DNA of 64,000 nucleotides from Gnetum montanum (Eukaryota; Plantae; Gnetophyta), in the NCBI GenBank assembly GCA_015680685.1, contig MNCI01002702.1, forward strand, positions 63,450 to 127,449. Reading direction: 5' to 3'. Numbering within the stretch: position 1 is the first letter of the stretch; the number at the start of each line of letters is the position of its first letter. The position numbers and the translations under genes were made by a program. Positions 27,901 through 38,979 of this stretch are shown here, piece after piece. The notes beneath the pieces were generated by a model. The model searched no databases, had not been told where the DNA came from, and worked only from the letters and a program-made list of their open reading frames with translations.

Positions 27901-28299
27901 TTCTTGTGGGAGATGAGCTAGGAAAATAGATTTTGGTAAAATTACAATGTGAGAAGTATTTCCACACTTATGCAACACCCACACAACTCATAGTGGACTC
28001 CATGTTCATAAGATGAAAGTCAAAACTTTTTTTGGTTTATGGAAAATTTTAAACCAAATTACAATTTAAACTTGGGTGGGCTCACTAGGTGCCTCCTAAG
28101 TGAAGAAACAAAAATCCCAATACAGTGGGATTTACAACCTCTACCCAAAACTACGTTGGGATTAACTCCAAAATAAGCCTTAGAATGGGTTCCAAGCCTC
28201 AACCACTTCCAAAAATCATTTCCTAACCATCCATCCTTAAGTGATTAAAGCCAAAAGAATCCCCATATTAAAATTGGAAATTAACTATGATTACTCGAA

Positions 28300-30200
28300 A
28301 GTCTTAAACATCAAGAATACCCAACACATAGCCAAAACTAGTCATTCTTGAGAAACTACATTGGCCAAGAGAAAAACTATGTTGGCTAGCATAGTTTCAT
28401 GGGGGATGGGAATTCTCACCACTAGCTAAGCTTCTAGCCAACTTTGAAATAATTGCACCAAGTCCCAATCCCTATCCAGAGCCTCTGACAGCCCTGGAAC
28501 CTCTTGAAATTTATCAAAAGATGCGAAAACCCATGATTCTTGGGAAACCACATTGATGGAGCTTAAAACTAAATTGGCCAACATATTTTCCTAAATTTTG
28601 GTCATCATGAGAGTTAATTGAACGTCTAAAAACCTTCAAAGTGGCAAGCCCTAGCCTTTAAACCTTCCTGGAGCCTTTAGTGACCTTGGGATGCTAAATG
28701 AATAGGCAAAAACAAGGTAAAATTCATCTTAACCTTAAAACTACATTAGGGAAGTCTAAAACTATGCTAGCCAAGGTGGTCCTAGCATGGTTTTTCCAAG
28801 GAAATTTAAGAATGGACCATTAACTAGTCAAATCAACCTCAAAATGTGTCAACCTAACCCTAGAACCCTACCAGAACCTTCAAAGACCACCAAACCATGA
28901 AAATTGACTTGAAAATGACCAAAACTAATCATTTTCTCCAAAACCATGTTGAGGCCTTCCAAAAATACACTAGTCAACATAGTTTTGGGGGAATGTGGCA
29001 ACATCAAGGCTTAAATGACATCTTGAATCAACAATTTTAAGGTTAAATCCTAGCCATGGACCATGGTAACTTTAGAAGCCCAAAAACTTCGTCAATTGAC
29101 CTCCTAAGCTACCTAGAAATTAATATTCTCTTGACACTACATTAAGGAAGGTCAAAACTACCATATCTAGTGTAGTTTTGGTTCTTGAGGTAGCCTTAAT
29201 GGCCCAACCACACTTTGAATGGCTTGAAATTCAATTAAGGAGGCATGGAGAAGATTGGAATCTTGAAGCTTGAAACCAAAGGCCATTTGAACTTGATTTA
29301 AGCATGAACATCCTAATTTTCATCAAAACTATGCTGGATCCTCCAAAAATTATGTTTGCTAGTGTATTTTTTAGGGGGATGACCATATCAAGGCTTCAAT
29401 AATCTCTAGAATCGACAATTTTCATCCTAAACCCTAGCAATGGGCACCAGAAACCCTAGGAGTTTGAGAACTTAGTCAATTGATCATCAAAACAATCCAA
29501 AAGTCAAGGTTCCAATTAAACTATGCTAGCGGGGATGAAAACTATCCTAGGTAGTGTAGTTTTGATTTCCATAGTAGTTTTGGTGGCCTAACAGCACTTC
29601 GAATGACTTGAAACTTAACTAACAAAACCAAAAACCCTAGATCCTAGAACGAGTTGTCGTTTGGGCTCATTTTGACCATGAAAAGATCAAGTTTTATCAA
29701 ACTATGTTGAGGCCACCAAAAAGTATGGTAGTGGGTGTAGTTTAGGGATTCAAGGCTTCAAGCTTCAACTTTAGTGACTTGTTTGGCCTTTGAATTACTA
29801 GGCTACAACCCTAATGCATTTGTGCTACCCTATTAAGTTGATGGAGCACAAATTTCAACCCTGAGAAGCCACAAATCAAATTTTTCCATGAAACCACACC
29901 AAGGTCATAGAAAACTATGCTAGCTAGTGTAGTTTTTAGCTTTTTGCGATATTTAGTATCTTTAGTAGGTCAAACCAATGCAAAAGTTGACCAATCTCCA
30001 CTCTTGGTCCACTATGTTGATATCTCAAGCCATTAGAAATCCAAAACTTTTTCTAACAAATCTTGGAATCTACATTTTGGTAGAAACTATGCTGGGGCCT
30101 ACCAAAACTACACTAGCTAGCATAGTTTTTGAAAGAAGCCTCATTTTTATCTTCAAACAGCCTTAAAATGACCTTCCCAAGTGCCCAAACTCCCCTATCG
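28300..30200. repeat. Degenerate ~192-bp tandem array (~10 units), each with an AAAACTAYRCTAG/CTAGYRTAGTTTT palindrome
   Basis: Palindrome cores at ~28373, 28565, 28758, 28961, 29155, 29346, 29538, 29719, 29911, 30103. Confidence 0.8.
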
Positions 30201-30259
30201 ACCTTGTAGCCTTCCATCATGGCCTGCTAAGGCCTAAAACTAGCAAAATGTGACTTTGA

Positions 30260-31150
30260 TTGAACAATATTGGTCATGTTTCATTTCCATGTTTTTGACC
30301 TTAATAGGTTTAACCTTGTTCTATTTTGTTTTGACTTGTTTTGACCTTGTTACACATTGTTAACCTTTATTGTTAGATCATTTGGTGTTATTTGGCTTCA
30401 TTTTCATCATTGTAGCATCATTTGGTTTTGATTTTACCAAATGTTTTATCATTTAGCATCATTTAACCTTAGTTGACTTGATTTGAGATTATCTAATGCC
30501 ATCCGACATTAGCATGACCTTGTTTGACCATCCAGAACATCATTTGATGGGGTTTGACCATCATTTGGACTTCATTTGATCTGATTTGTCATCATTTGGT
30601 TATCATTTGGCTTTGTTCCACCTTAATTGGCCTTTGATTCACCTCATTTACCTTGTCCTCTATCCTATGACCTGTGTTAACCATGCTTTAACCATGATTA
30701 ACATCATTTGATTGGGCTTGATCACCATTAGGTCATCGTTTTGCCCCTTTTGATCATCATTTAGCCTTATTTGATCATCATTCAGCTTTCATTTGGCCTT
30801 ATTCCATATTATTTCACCCTTAGTTCATCTTATCCACTTTATCTTTTCTTTGATGGCCTCCATTGACCATGCTTTGACCCTGATTGATGCAATTTGATGG
30901 AGTTTGACCATCATTTAGCTTTCATTTGATTTTGTTCTACCATCATTTAGCCTTCATTTAACCTTATTTTACACTATTTAGCCTTTGTTTCATCCTATTT
31001 ATTTTAACCTACCTCTTATAACCTTTGTTGGCCTTATTTGAACCTTTTTTGACCATTGAAGTAACGTATCTTGGCTTATCCATGCATTATTACTAAAGTA
31101 CTTTATATTATTTTGGCATTATTTGCTCATTTTATCACAAAGGTGCCACT
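30260..31150. repeat. T-rich low-complexity array of CATCATTTG/GACCTT-like motifs
   Basis: Dozens of degenerate short repeats. Confidence 0.7.
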
Positions 31151-31359
31151 TAATGTGATTATGACTGATACATAGGATTGGAGTATGGATACTTGGGAGT
31201 AATTTAGGTTGCCTTTGAGCCTACACAAGCCTCATGGTGATGTTAAATAATTCATTGACCTTAATTACTTAGATTTTTAGCTTAAGAGCCCAGTTAACTA
31301 CGTAGGCTCGATAGAGAAACCTCTTGAGTGACCAAAGCACCTAGTTAAGACCCTTGACC

Positions 31360-32540
31360 TTGAGGTTGGTGATATTATTGAAGACTCTCTAGTTGAGGTT
31401 CCTATCACGACACATAGTGGTGAGGAGAAAACACTAAAAATAAGTTCCTCATTGGAACCTCAACAGGCCCGAGACATCACCAAGGTCCTCCAAGACAACA
31501 TTTAGGTCTTTGGTTGGTCATATGAAGAAATGCTAGGTCTTGATCCACGCTTGATGCAAAATAATATCATACTTGGTCCTAGTATCAGGCTAGTTAAGCA
31601 AAACGTTCACAAGATTAGACTAGATTTGGCATAGGCAGCTCATGTTGAAATCATGAAATTGTATTAAGCTCATTTCATTTGAGCTATTGATTATGTAGAT
31701 TGGGTGTCTAACATAGTGGTAGTCCCTAAGAAAAATGGGAGTATACATACTTGGTCCTAGTATTAGGCTAGTTAAGTAAAAAGTTCACAAGATTAGACTA
31801 GATTTGGCATAGGCAGTTCGTGTTGAAATCATGAGATTATATTAAGCTCATTTCATTTGAGTTGTTGATTATGTAGATTGGGTGTCTAGCATAGTAGTAG
31901 TCCCTACAAAAAATGGGAGTATATATATTTGTATTGATTTTTAAGACTTGAATAAGGAAACTCTCAAAGATTACTTCCCTTTGCCTATTATTGACCAACT
32001 TATTGACACTAAGGCTAGACATGCCTTGCTATCCTTCATGGATGGATTCTCAAGATACAACCAAGTTAGGATTAACTTAGAGCATCAACTTTGTATGACC
32101 TTCATAACCTCTTGGAAAACCTTTTGCTACATCATGATTCCCTTTAATCTAAAGAATGTAGATGCAACCTAGCAATGAGCAATGACGTATATCTTTAGTG
32201 ATTATATGCTAGGGTTACTTAATGACTATGTGGATGACATAGCTATTAAATCCAAAATGGCCAATGATATGCACATGATCTTGACCTCGTGTTGAAACGA
32301 TGTCTCAAGTATGAGCTTAGGCTTAACCCTAAGAAGTGTCTCTGGTATCAAACCCAGCAACATGCTTGGCTTTGTAGTATCTGATGCAAGGATATGGGTT
32401 GATCTAAATAAGGTTAAAGCCATATCCCACTTGGGAGCACCAACTAACCTTAAGAAGCTCTAGGGACTACTAGGTAGATTATAATTAATCCGTAGGTTCA
32501 TTGCTAGGCTTACAAATAAGTTACAATCCATGCAACAATT
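31360..32540 (+). pseudogene. pol: Tat reverse transcriptase remnant
   Basis: VFGWSYEEMLGLDP; WVSNIVVVPKKNG; KDYFPLPIIDQLID..LLSFMDGFSRYNQV; YVDDIAIKS. Confidence 0.92.
31571..31926 (+). repeat. 178-bp tandem duplication within the RT
   Basis: 31571-31748 repeated at 31749-31926. Confidence 0.92.
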
Positions 32541-32860
32541 ATATTCATGTTGTTGAGCTCGACATACACATCCGTTCTCACTTCAATTATAGATTAAATA
32601 ACCCCTATTGGATAGCCTTAGTTGACTGATGGTTCAAGAATTTTAAAGATGCCATAATCACACAAGCTAAAGGTAAATTAGTATTCGATGCATTGGTTGT
32701 CACACTTCTCAACTTTGCTCTTTCTCTCTAGGATCATAATTTATCAAGTAGTTTAATGATTACTGTTTATATTCCTTTAGATATGTAATTAGGAACTCTA
32801 TTAGTCTTTAAATTATTTCAAAGTGTAAGTATCGAAATACTATTACCCTTTGGAGAACAG
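32541..32860 (+). pseudogene. 30K-family movement protein core
   Basis: YIHVVELDIHIRSHFNYRLNNPYWIALVD*WFKNFKDAII...NFALSL*DHNLSSSLMI fits the caulimovirid MP pattern (YIH..L.D.R..F.D..NF..SL.D..L). Confidence 0.78.
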
Positions 32861-34039
32861 TAAGTTTCTTGTGGTACAACTAATATAGAATATGGATCAA
32901 CCCTCAACACCAAAGATCTACCGATCTATACCCTGTACCCTTAGCTGGATAGTACATTAGAGGAATTCTATGAGCATTTCATGCCTAAGAAGTCATCTCA
33001 TGATTTAGGAAAATAACATTATTAGGTTTAATTAAAAACATCGAGGTTTACTAAAGAAGACCCATTTAATCCTTTAGCTTAAGGAGAATCCTACCTCCTA
33101 TCCAAAACCCTTCTACCTTACTTCTAGGAAGAAGATCCTTCCAAGAGCTATCCAAAAAGGATGAATGAGGAAATCTAGTTTCTAAAGAAACCATTAGATG
33201 AGTCTTCAAGGACCTAGGAATTACTTACGATGTTAATAAAATCATAGGAAAAAATCCTAAAAAAACCTTTGTAGATACAAGAACCTATTCTCATTAATGA
33301 GTCCTTAGGACCATTGAAAACTAAGCAAGTAAGGATTGCAACTCTAGAAGAAATTTCTAAAGGTAAGAAACCTATAAAAGAGACTGAGGATACTACATCT
33401 ATAGTGATAGTGCTTTAGAATCCTATTCTCATTACTCTACCATAAAATACGATCACCAATACCACTGTTCCAAGTGTGATGCCTTGTTAAAAATCAGTAT
33501 GAACACCTTGAGTAATAAAAATGGTGAGCCTATTACTTAGAGTAAAGAATCCAAATGAAAAGAGACGGAAGAAGCCAATAAACTTAGAGAAAAGGTTCAT
33601 ACTCTTTTTCAAAAACTAATAGTAGATCTATTCTCTAATACTATTTGTATGCAAAATTGAGCAAATAATATGCTTAGTCAACTTTTTATGAAATAGTACT
33701 TAATAGATAATAAAGGAGTTAAAAGTAGAAACAAAATAGATATGATATATGCTAAGGTTAAGCTCATTAGTAATAAAAAATTTTCTCCTAAACAAAAACC
33801 TAAAATCCCATATCATGGTATTCCAGAGTATGGCACCAATATAGATTCACCTAGTTCTTAGACACAACATAAACCAAAATATACAAGAGAATGAAAGGAA
33901 AAATCTTGAGGAAAACAAATACGTAAGGTCCTATTATTATGCAAATAGATGAAGAACTAGTCATAGGATCAGATGAAGAATCACTTCTTCAAAATCCTGG
34001 CACTTATGATGAAGATCCACAAGAGTATCAAGTTATATC

Positions 34040-34900
34040 CTCTAGACCTATTAGTGAATGAGAATTAAAATTCAACATCAATAGACTCTCACCCTTAGAA
34101 AGGCAAACATTGATCGATAGGATCTCTGGATTTATTGAAAGACAAGTCATTCTAGATAAGAATATTTCTAAACATGTCATACAAAATACTATGTTCGATT
34201 TCACAGGAAATCTAAGGTGTAGGTGGAATTAGATACACCGATACATTATAAAGAAACTTTTGACTAGTCCATCTCTCTTATTTATTAACGCCATTACAAA
34301 AGAATTTATAGGTAATAAAGAAAATTATATCATAGAATGTAGGGATATGTATTTTTCCATTATATTAAATAGGATTTAGGACACAGAGGCATTCCTAAAT
34401 CAAATGGAAGATTGGTACTACCACAGAAAGATAACTCATGACAAATTCGCTAAAGAACATTTAATATGCACTTTCCCATGACCATTTGTTAAGAATATCA
34501 ATTAGAAATCAAGTTTAGAGAATGGTCTCTGGATGATATGAGCTTTAATTACATTAAACAATTGATAGGAGACATCAACCATGATCTTTGTAGAGATTTG
34601 CAAGAACAAATAGTAATGAAATAATTAAACAACCTAATGGGAAGATCATTCTGTTACAAGATACTTCAAAAACAACAATGGAAATGAAAACAAGAACCTT
34701 GTTGCTCCAAACAACATCGTAGATATTGGAAACCTAGGAAGCCTAGATGGACTAAACATCCTTCTCATCCACAACCACAAAAAATGTTCTGTGGCATGTT
34801 CAAACGTTGAAAATCCAAACTCCCTCATGGACAAATTTAATGATTCCTTTATTAAGGAAACTATTTTGCTTGAAATTTTCCAAATAAGGGCTAAGGTCCC
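34040..34900 (+). pseudogene. Caulimovirid coat protein remnant
   Basis: FNINRL..DFTGNLRCRWN..ITKEFIG pattern; decayed zinc-knuckle-like segment ~34840-34885. Confidence 0.6.
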
Positions 34901-35679
34901 AAACAAGCTAATTTTATTAAGCATTACAATTTATCGAAACAATATTATGAGTTTATGGAAGATGCATCCATCCCTTTTGAGCAAGCTAACATTTACATTG
35001 AATCTAATCAATATTATGATGGTGGTATCATCATCAACCCTAACCCTCTTTCTTGTGAGGGGGGAGATTGTGGTAATGGAGATTCTGAAGATTTTGATGT
35101 ATTCTATTATGCCATGAACTGACATGGTACCAAAAGACCATTATGTAGGTTGATAACCTCTAGGTCAATGTATGCCTCAGACTTGGAAACCTCTTGAAAT
35201 AAGTGACTTTGATCCCTCAAAAGATGATTCAATCTGCCAAATCATATGAAAATAGTTGATTAACTTATAAAATCAATTAGAAGAAACAACCATAGATGAT
35301 ATCAATAGGATTATGACTCTCAAAAGAAGGGTCAAATAAAAAGCCCAAGAGCCAAAGGAACAAAGGGAATTAATCTTGGAAAGGACATGGAAATTCCTAG
35401 ATTCCCAACCATTAGAATCTGAAGAAGAAGAAGAAAGTCTTGTGTCTAAGCTAAGAGAAAACCTTGTAGAGCAACTGAGCAAGAAGCAGGTAACTCCTTT
35501 GAATGAATCTATAATACAACAACATAGGATAGCTCAACTCCATAAGTATGTCCAATGGGCTACCAATGAACTAGAAGAACTAGAGAAGCTCAAAGAAAGC
35601 TACCAATGATAGAAATATCACGATGACTCTAGTGCTATGCCTATCAACATAGTAAATAAAAATAGTAGCCTTACTACCT

Positions 35680-37520
35680 TACCCATGTGTACATTCCTGG
35701 TTAAATTTAAAGACTACAAGACTTACCTCACAGATGCACTCATAGATAATGACAGTGAAACTAGTTTCACTAGCTCAGTGAAATATCATCCCATCTCACT
35801 TCTGGAAAAGAAAAGGCAAAACATATGTCACGTTCAATACCTAGAAGGGCCCACTTGAATACCAAGCTAGTATCCCAATCAAAACTTTAGATGATAGATT
35901 AATATATCTAGAAGTATATTGTTTTGATATCAAGTCTTATAATTTGTTATTAGGAACAGACAATTTAGCTAGATTAGAACCTTATATGATAGGAAAGGAT
36001 TATATCCTTTTAGCTAATCATATTTTTAATAGGATATATAATTATAAGAAAAGATTTCAAACTCTTCATCATATTAAACCAACTACTAAATCCTAGGTAA
36101 TAAATAGTGTCAAAAAAATGAAAGGAACAACTTGAACAAGTTCACACCAAACTCATGACACTAGCTAATGAAGATCCCACAATATGCAGACATAAAAAGG
36201 AACATTCGTACAAGATAGAACTTAGAGAAGACATAAAGATTAAGGCTAAGGCACATCACATAGGTATGCCCCCATCCCTAAAGAGAGAATGTGATGCAAA
36301 AATACAAGTACTCCTAAATATAAAACTCATTAAGTAGAGTACTAGTATGTTTGCTTATGCAACCTTCTATGTCAATAAAAGAGTAGAACAAGTCCATGGG
36401 AAAAAGGAGTTACTAGTGAATTACAAGCCTCCTAATGAGCTCATCAAAGTAGTACAACATCCTATATCAAGTAAGGATGATTTGTTTGAATGATTGCTCC
36501 ATACTGATGTATATTCAAAGTTTGATTTAAAATTTGGATTTTGGCAAATTTAGGTAGAAAAAGAAGATAGATGGAAGACCGCCTTAACAGTCCTAGGAGG
36601 CCTATATCAATGGATTGTGCTTCCATTTGGAACCAAGACAACCCCTTCTATCTTCCAAAAAACTATGGACGAAATCTTTGAATAATATTCATTTATTATG
36701 GCATATATAGATGACAGTCTAGTCATGAGCAAAACCCCACAACAACACTTAGAGCACCTCAATATATTTTATGATATTATGGAAAAAAAATGATTTAGCA
36801 CTCTTTCCTACAAAGATGCAAATAGCAAAGGATACTATCGAATTCTTAGGATTAAAAATATCCTAGGGATCCATTACTTTGCAAAACCATATTTTAGAAT
36901 CTATCAAACATTTTCCCAATGAATTAAGGGACAAAACATAGCTGTAGAGGTTTTTAGGATGTATCAATTATGTGTTTGGATTCTATGAACATCTAGCTCA
37001 AGATAGAAAGCTATTGAATGAACAACTTAGCCAAAACCCTCCACCATGGATCCAAAGACACACTGATACGGTCTTACAAATAAAAGATAAATGCAAAACC
37101 TTACCAAAGCTACAACTACCAACTGATGGGACTTTAATATTGGAAATAGAGATATCTAATGATTTCTAGGAAGCAACCCTAAAAGAGGAGAAAGATAAAG
37201 TAATTAGAATTTGTAGATATGCATTCGACAAGTTTTCTGAGACTCAAAAAAATTATCATAGCACACACAAAGAATTACTTGCCATCATTAAGGGTGTAGA
37301 AAAATTTAGGCTCTTTTTATAGCATACCCATTTTATAATTAGAAGCGACTTAAAACACTTTGATAAGTATTTAAGCTTGATGGCCTTGAATAAAGTCGCA
37401 CACACTAGGATTATAGGATGGACATTATATTTGGCTAATTTTGATTTTTCTTGTGAATATATTGATGGTACTAAAAATAGCTTAGCTAATTTCTTAACCA
37501 AAGAGTCCCAACTCTCTATG
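35680..37520 (+). pseudogene. Caulimovirid protease-RT-RNase H
   Basis: DALIDNDSETSF; YSKFDLKFGFWQI..LYQWIVLPFGTKTTPSIFQKTMD..YIDD; ICRYA..KNYHSTHKELLAIIKGVEKF..EYIDGTKNSLANFLTKE. Confidence 0.92.
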
Positions 37521-37561
37521 TAATTACTAATAGTACTTCTCTCTTGTAGATTTGCTAATAA

Positions 37562-38320
37562 ATGAAGGATGGACTCTTCATTCTTCAAGACGCCTTAGAA
37601 GTTGCAGATTTGGAGAAAGTTATAAGGCTACATTAGAATAAGACAAAATCTTAAACTATCATGAATTTAGTTTTATGAACTTTTGTTGTTATTTAGACAA
37701 TCTAAATAATTATCTCCCACAGTCCTGTATATACCATAAAATACTGTTCACTTGTTCTGAAGATAGAACCAAGTCCTATCTTTATCTATCAACCCACCTA
37801 GAGCTCTATTCACTACAATGGCCATTTGACCTTAATATCCTCATGTGGCCATATTTTCAGCCAACTCCCTATCACGTCTATACTATCAAATTAAATCCTT
37901 GGAGAAGCTATGGAAACCCTTCTGAAGGATTTTGGACTTGGTGGTCAAATTTTGGGCATTCACCTACCCATTATCCTCCTTCCTATCCCCTTGATTTATT
38001 TTTGAGGCATAATGAATATCATGGAGATTATCTATTCTCCACAGATCTTGATGTCAGAGAATGACATTTTTGTGAAGAAAGTGTCACACTAAGATACTTT
38101 CTAGAATCCAATATTGGTAAAAGAACATATTAGCAGAATCCATGGTAGCAGGCATTCTATCATGATATCTATACCAACAATCTGATTAATATCCAAGCCC
38201 ACTGTGCTACTCATACTATTATTGTAATAATTCTCAATCTTTGCACCCTAGCTCTTTGGGTGGATCAAATGAGAAGAGAAGGTGCATGTGATCATGACAT
38301 CTATCAAGTCAAAAAACCAT
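37562..38320 (+). pseudogene. Caulimovirid accessory ORF of unknown function after RNase H
   Basis: 129-aa ORF 37675-38064 rich in W/Y/P, with apparent extensions past stops. Confidence 0.5.
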
Positions 38321-38554
38321 GTTCTCCATAATTTGTAAGGGATTGATCTAAATCTGATAATGATTCTAGTTGACTCCATGAATAGTAAAAGGTGCCTTGT
38401 ACAATAAAAGGTGTCTTGTAAATTAACACTTGTGAAGCTACAATTGTAAAGTCTATTTGAGGTTATCTCAAATCTAATTATATTGTTTTCCACTATGTAA
38501 TAATGTGGTGTGAGTTGGAAGTCACTTAGAAGGATTAAGAGGTAGTTTCCTCTC

Positions 38555-38563
38555 CTATAAATC
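38555..38563 (+). promoter_or_regulatory. Probable pregenomic-RNA TATA box of the caulimovirid
   Basis: CTATAAAT after the last ORF, in the expected intergenic position. Confidence 0.55.
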
Positions 38564-38979
38564 GAGTCGTGCTGCAACACTAAGAGGCATCGAAGAATGA
38601 GAGATCAAAAGAGCTGCTCACTACACCTTTCAAGCATTCTGTTTCTCAAAAATCCCTTAGTGTGCTGAGAGATATCGAGAAGTAGAAGTCAAGAGGTTCT
38701 ACACCTTGCAACTTTTGAATGTTCTATTTCTTAAGCATCGCATAGCTTCTTCTTGTTTGTACTCTACCTCTGGTACTTTGAATAATATGAACAAGGATGT
38801 CATTTGCAACGTCTCTCTATGCATTATTGCTATTGTTTTCCATCGTGCCATGAGTATTTCCATTATTGTAAGTATGAAAGTTTGTAAGAAAAGTGATTGA
38901 GTAGTGAAGTATGAAGGCCAAAAGGATCCGAGCGATTGAGTAGTAGAGTAGGAACGCGAAAAGGATCTAGGCAAGAGTT

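Noticed and set aside
28300-30200. CRISPR-like palindromic repeats with spacers
   Set aside because: Inter-palindrome sequences appear related to each other and the repeats are degenerate, so this is a tandem array
35680-37520. Nested gypsy element as the source of the second RT
   Set aside because: SKFDLK.GFWQI-type RT, upstream movement protein, and no integrase or LTRs indicate a caulimovirid
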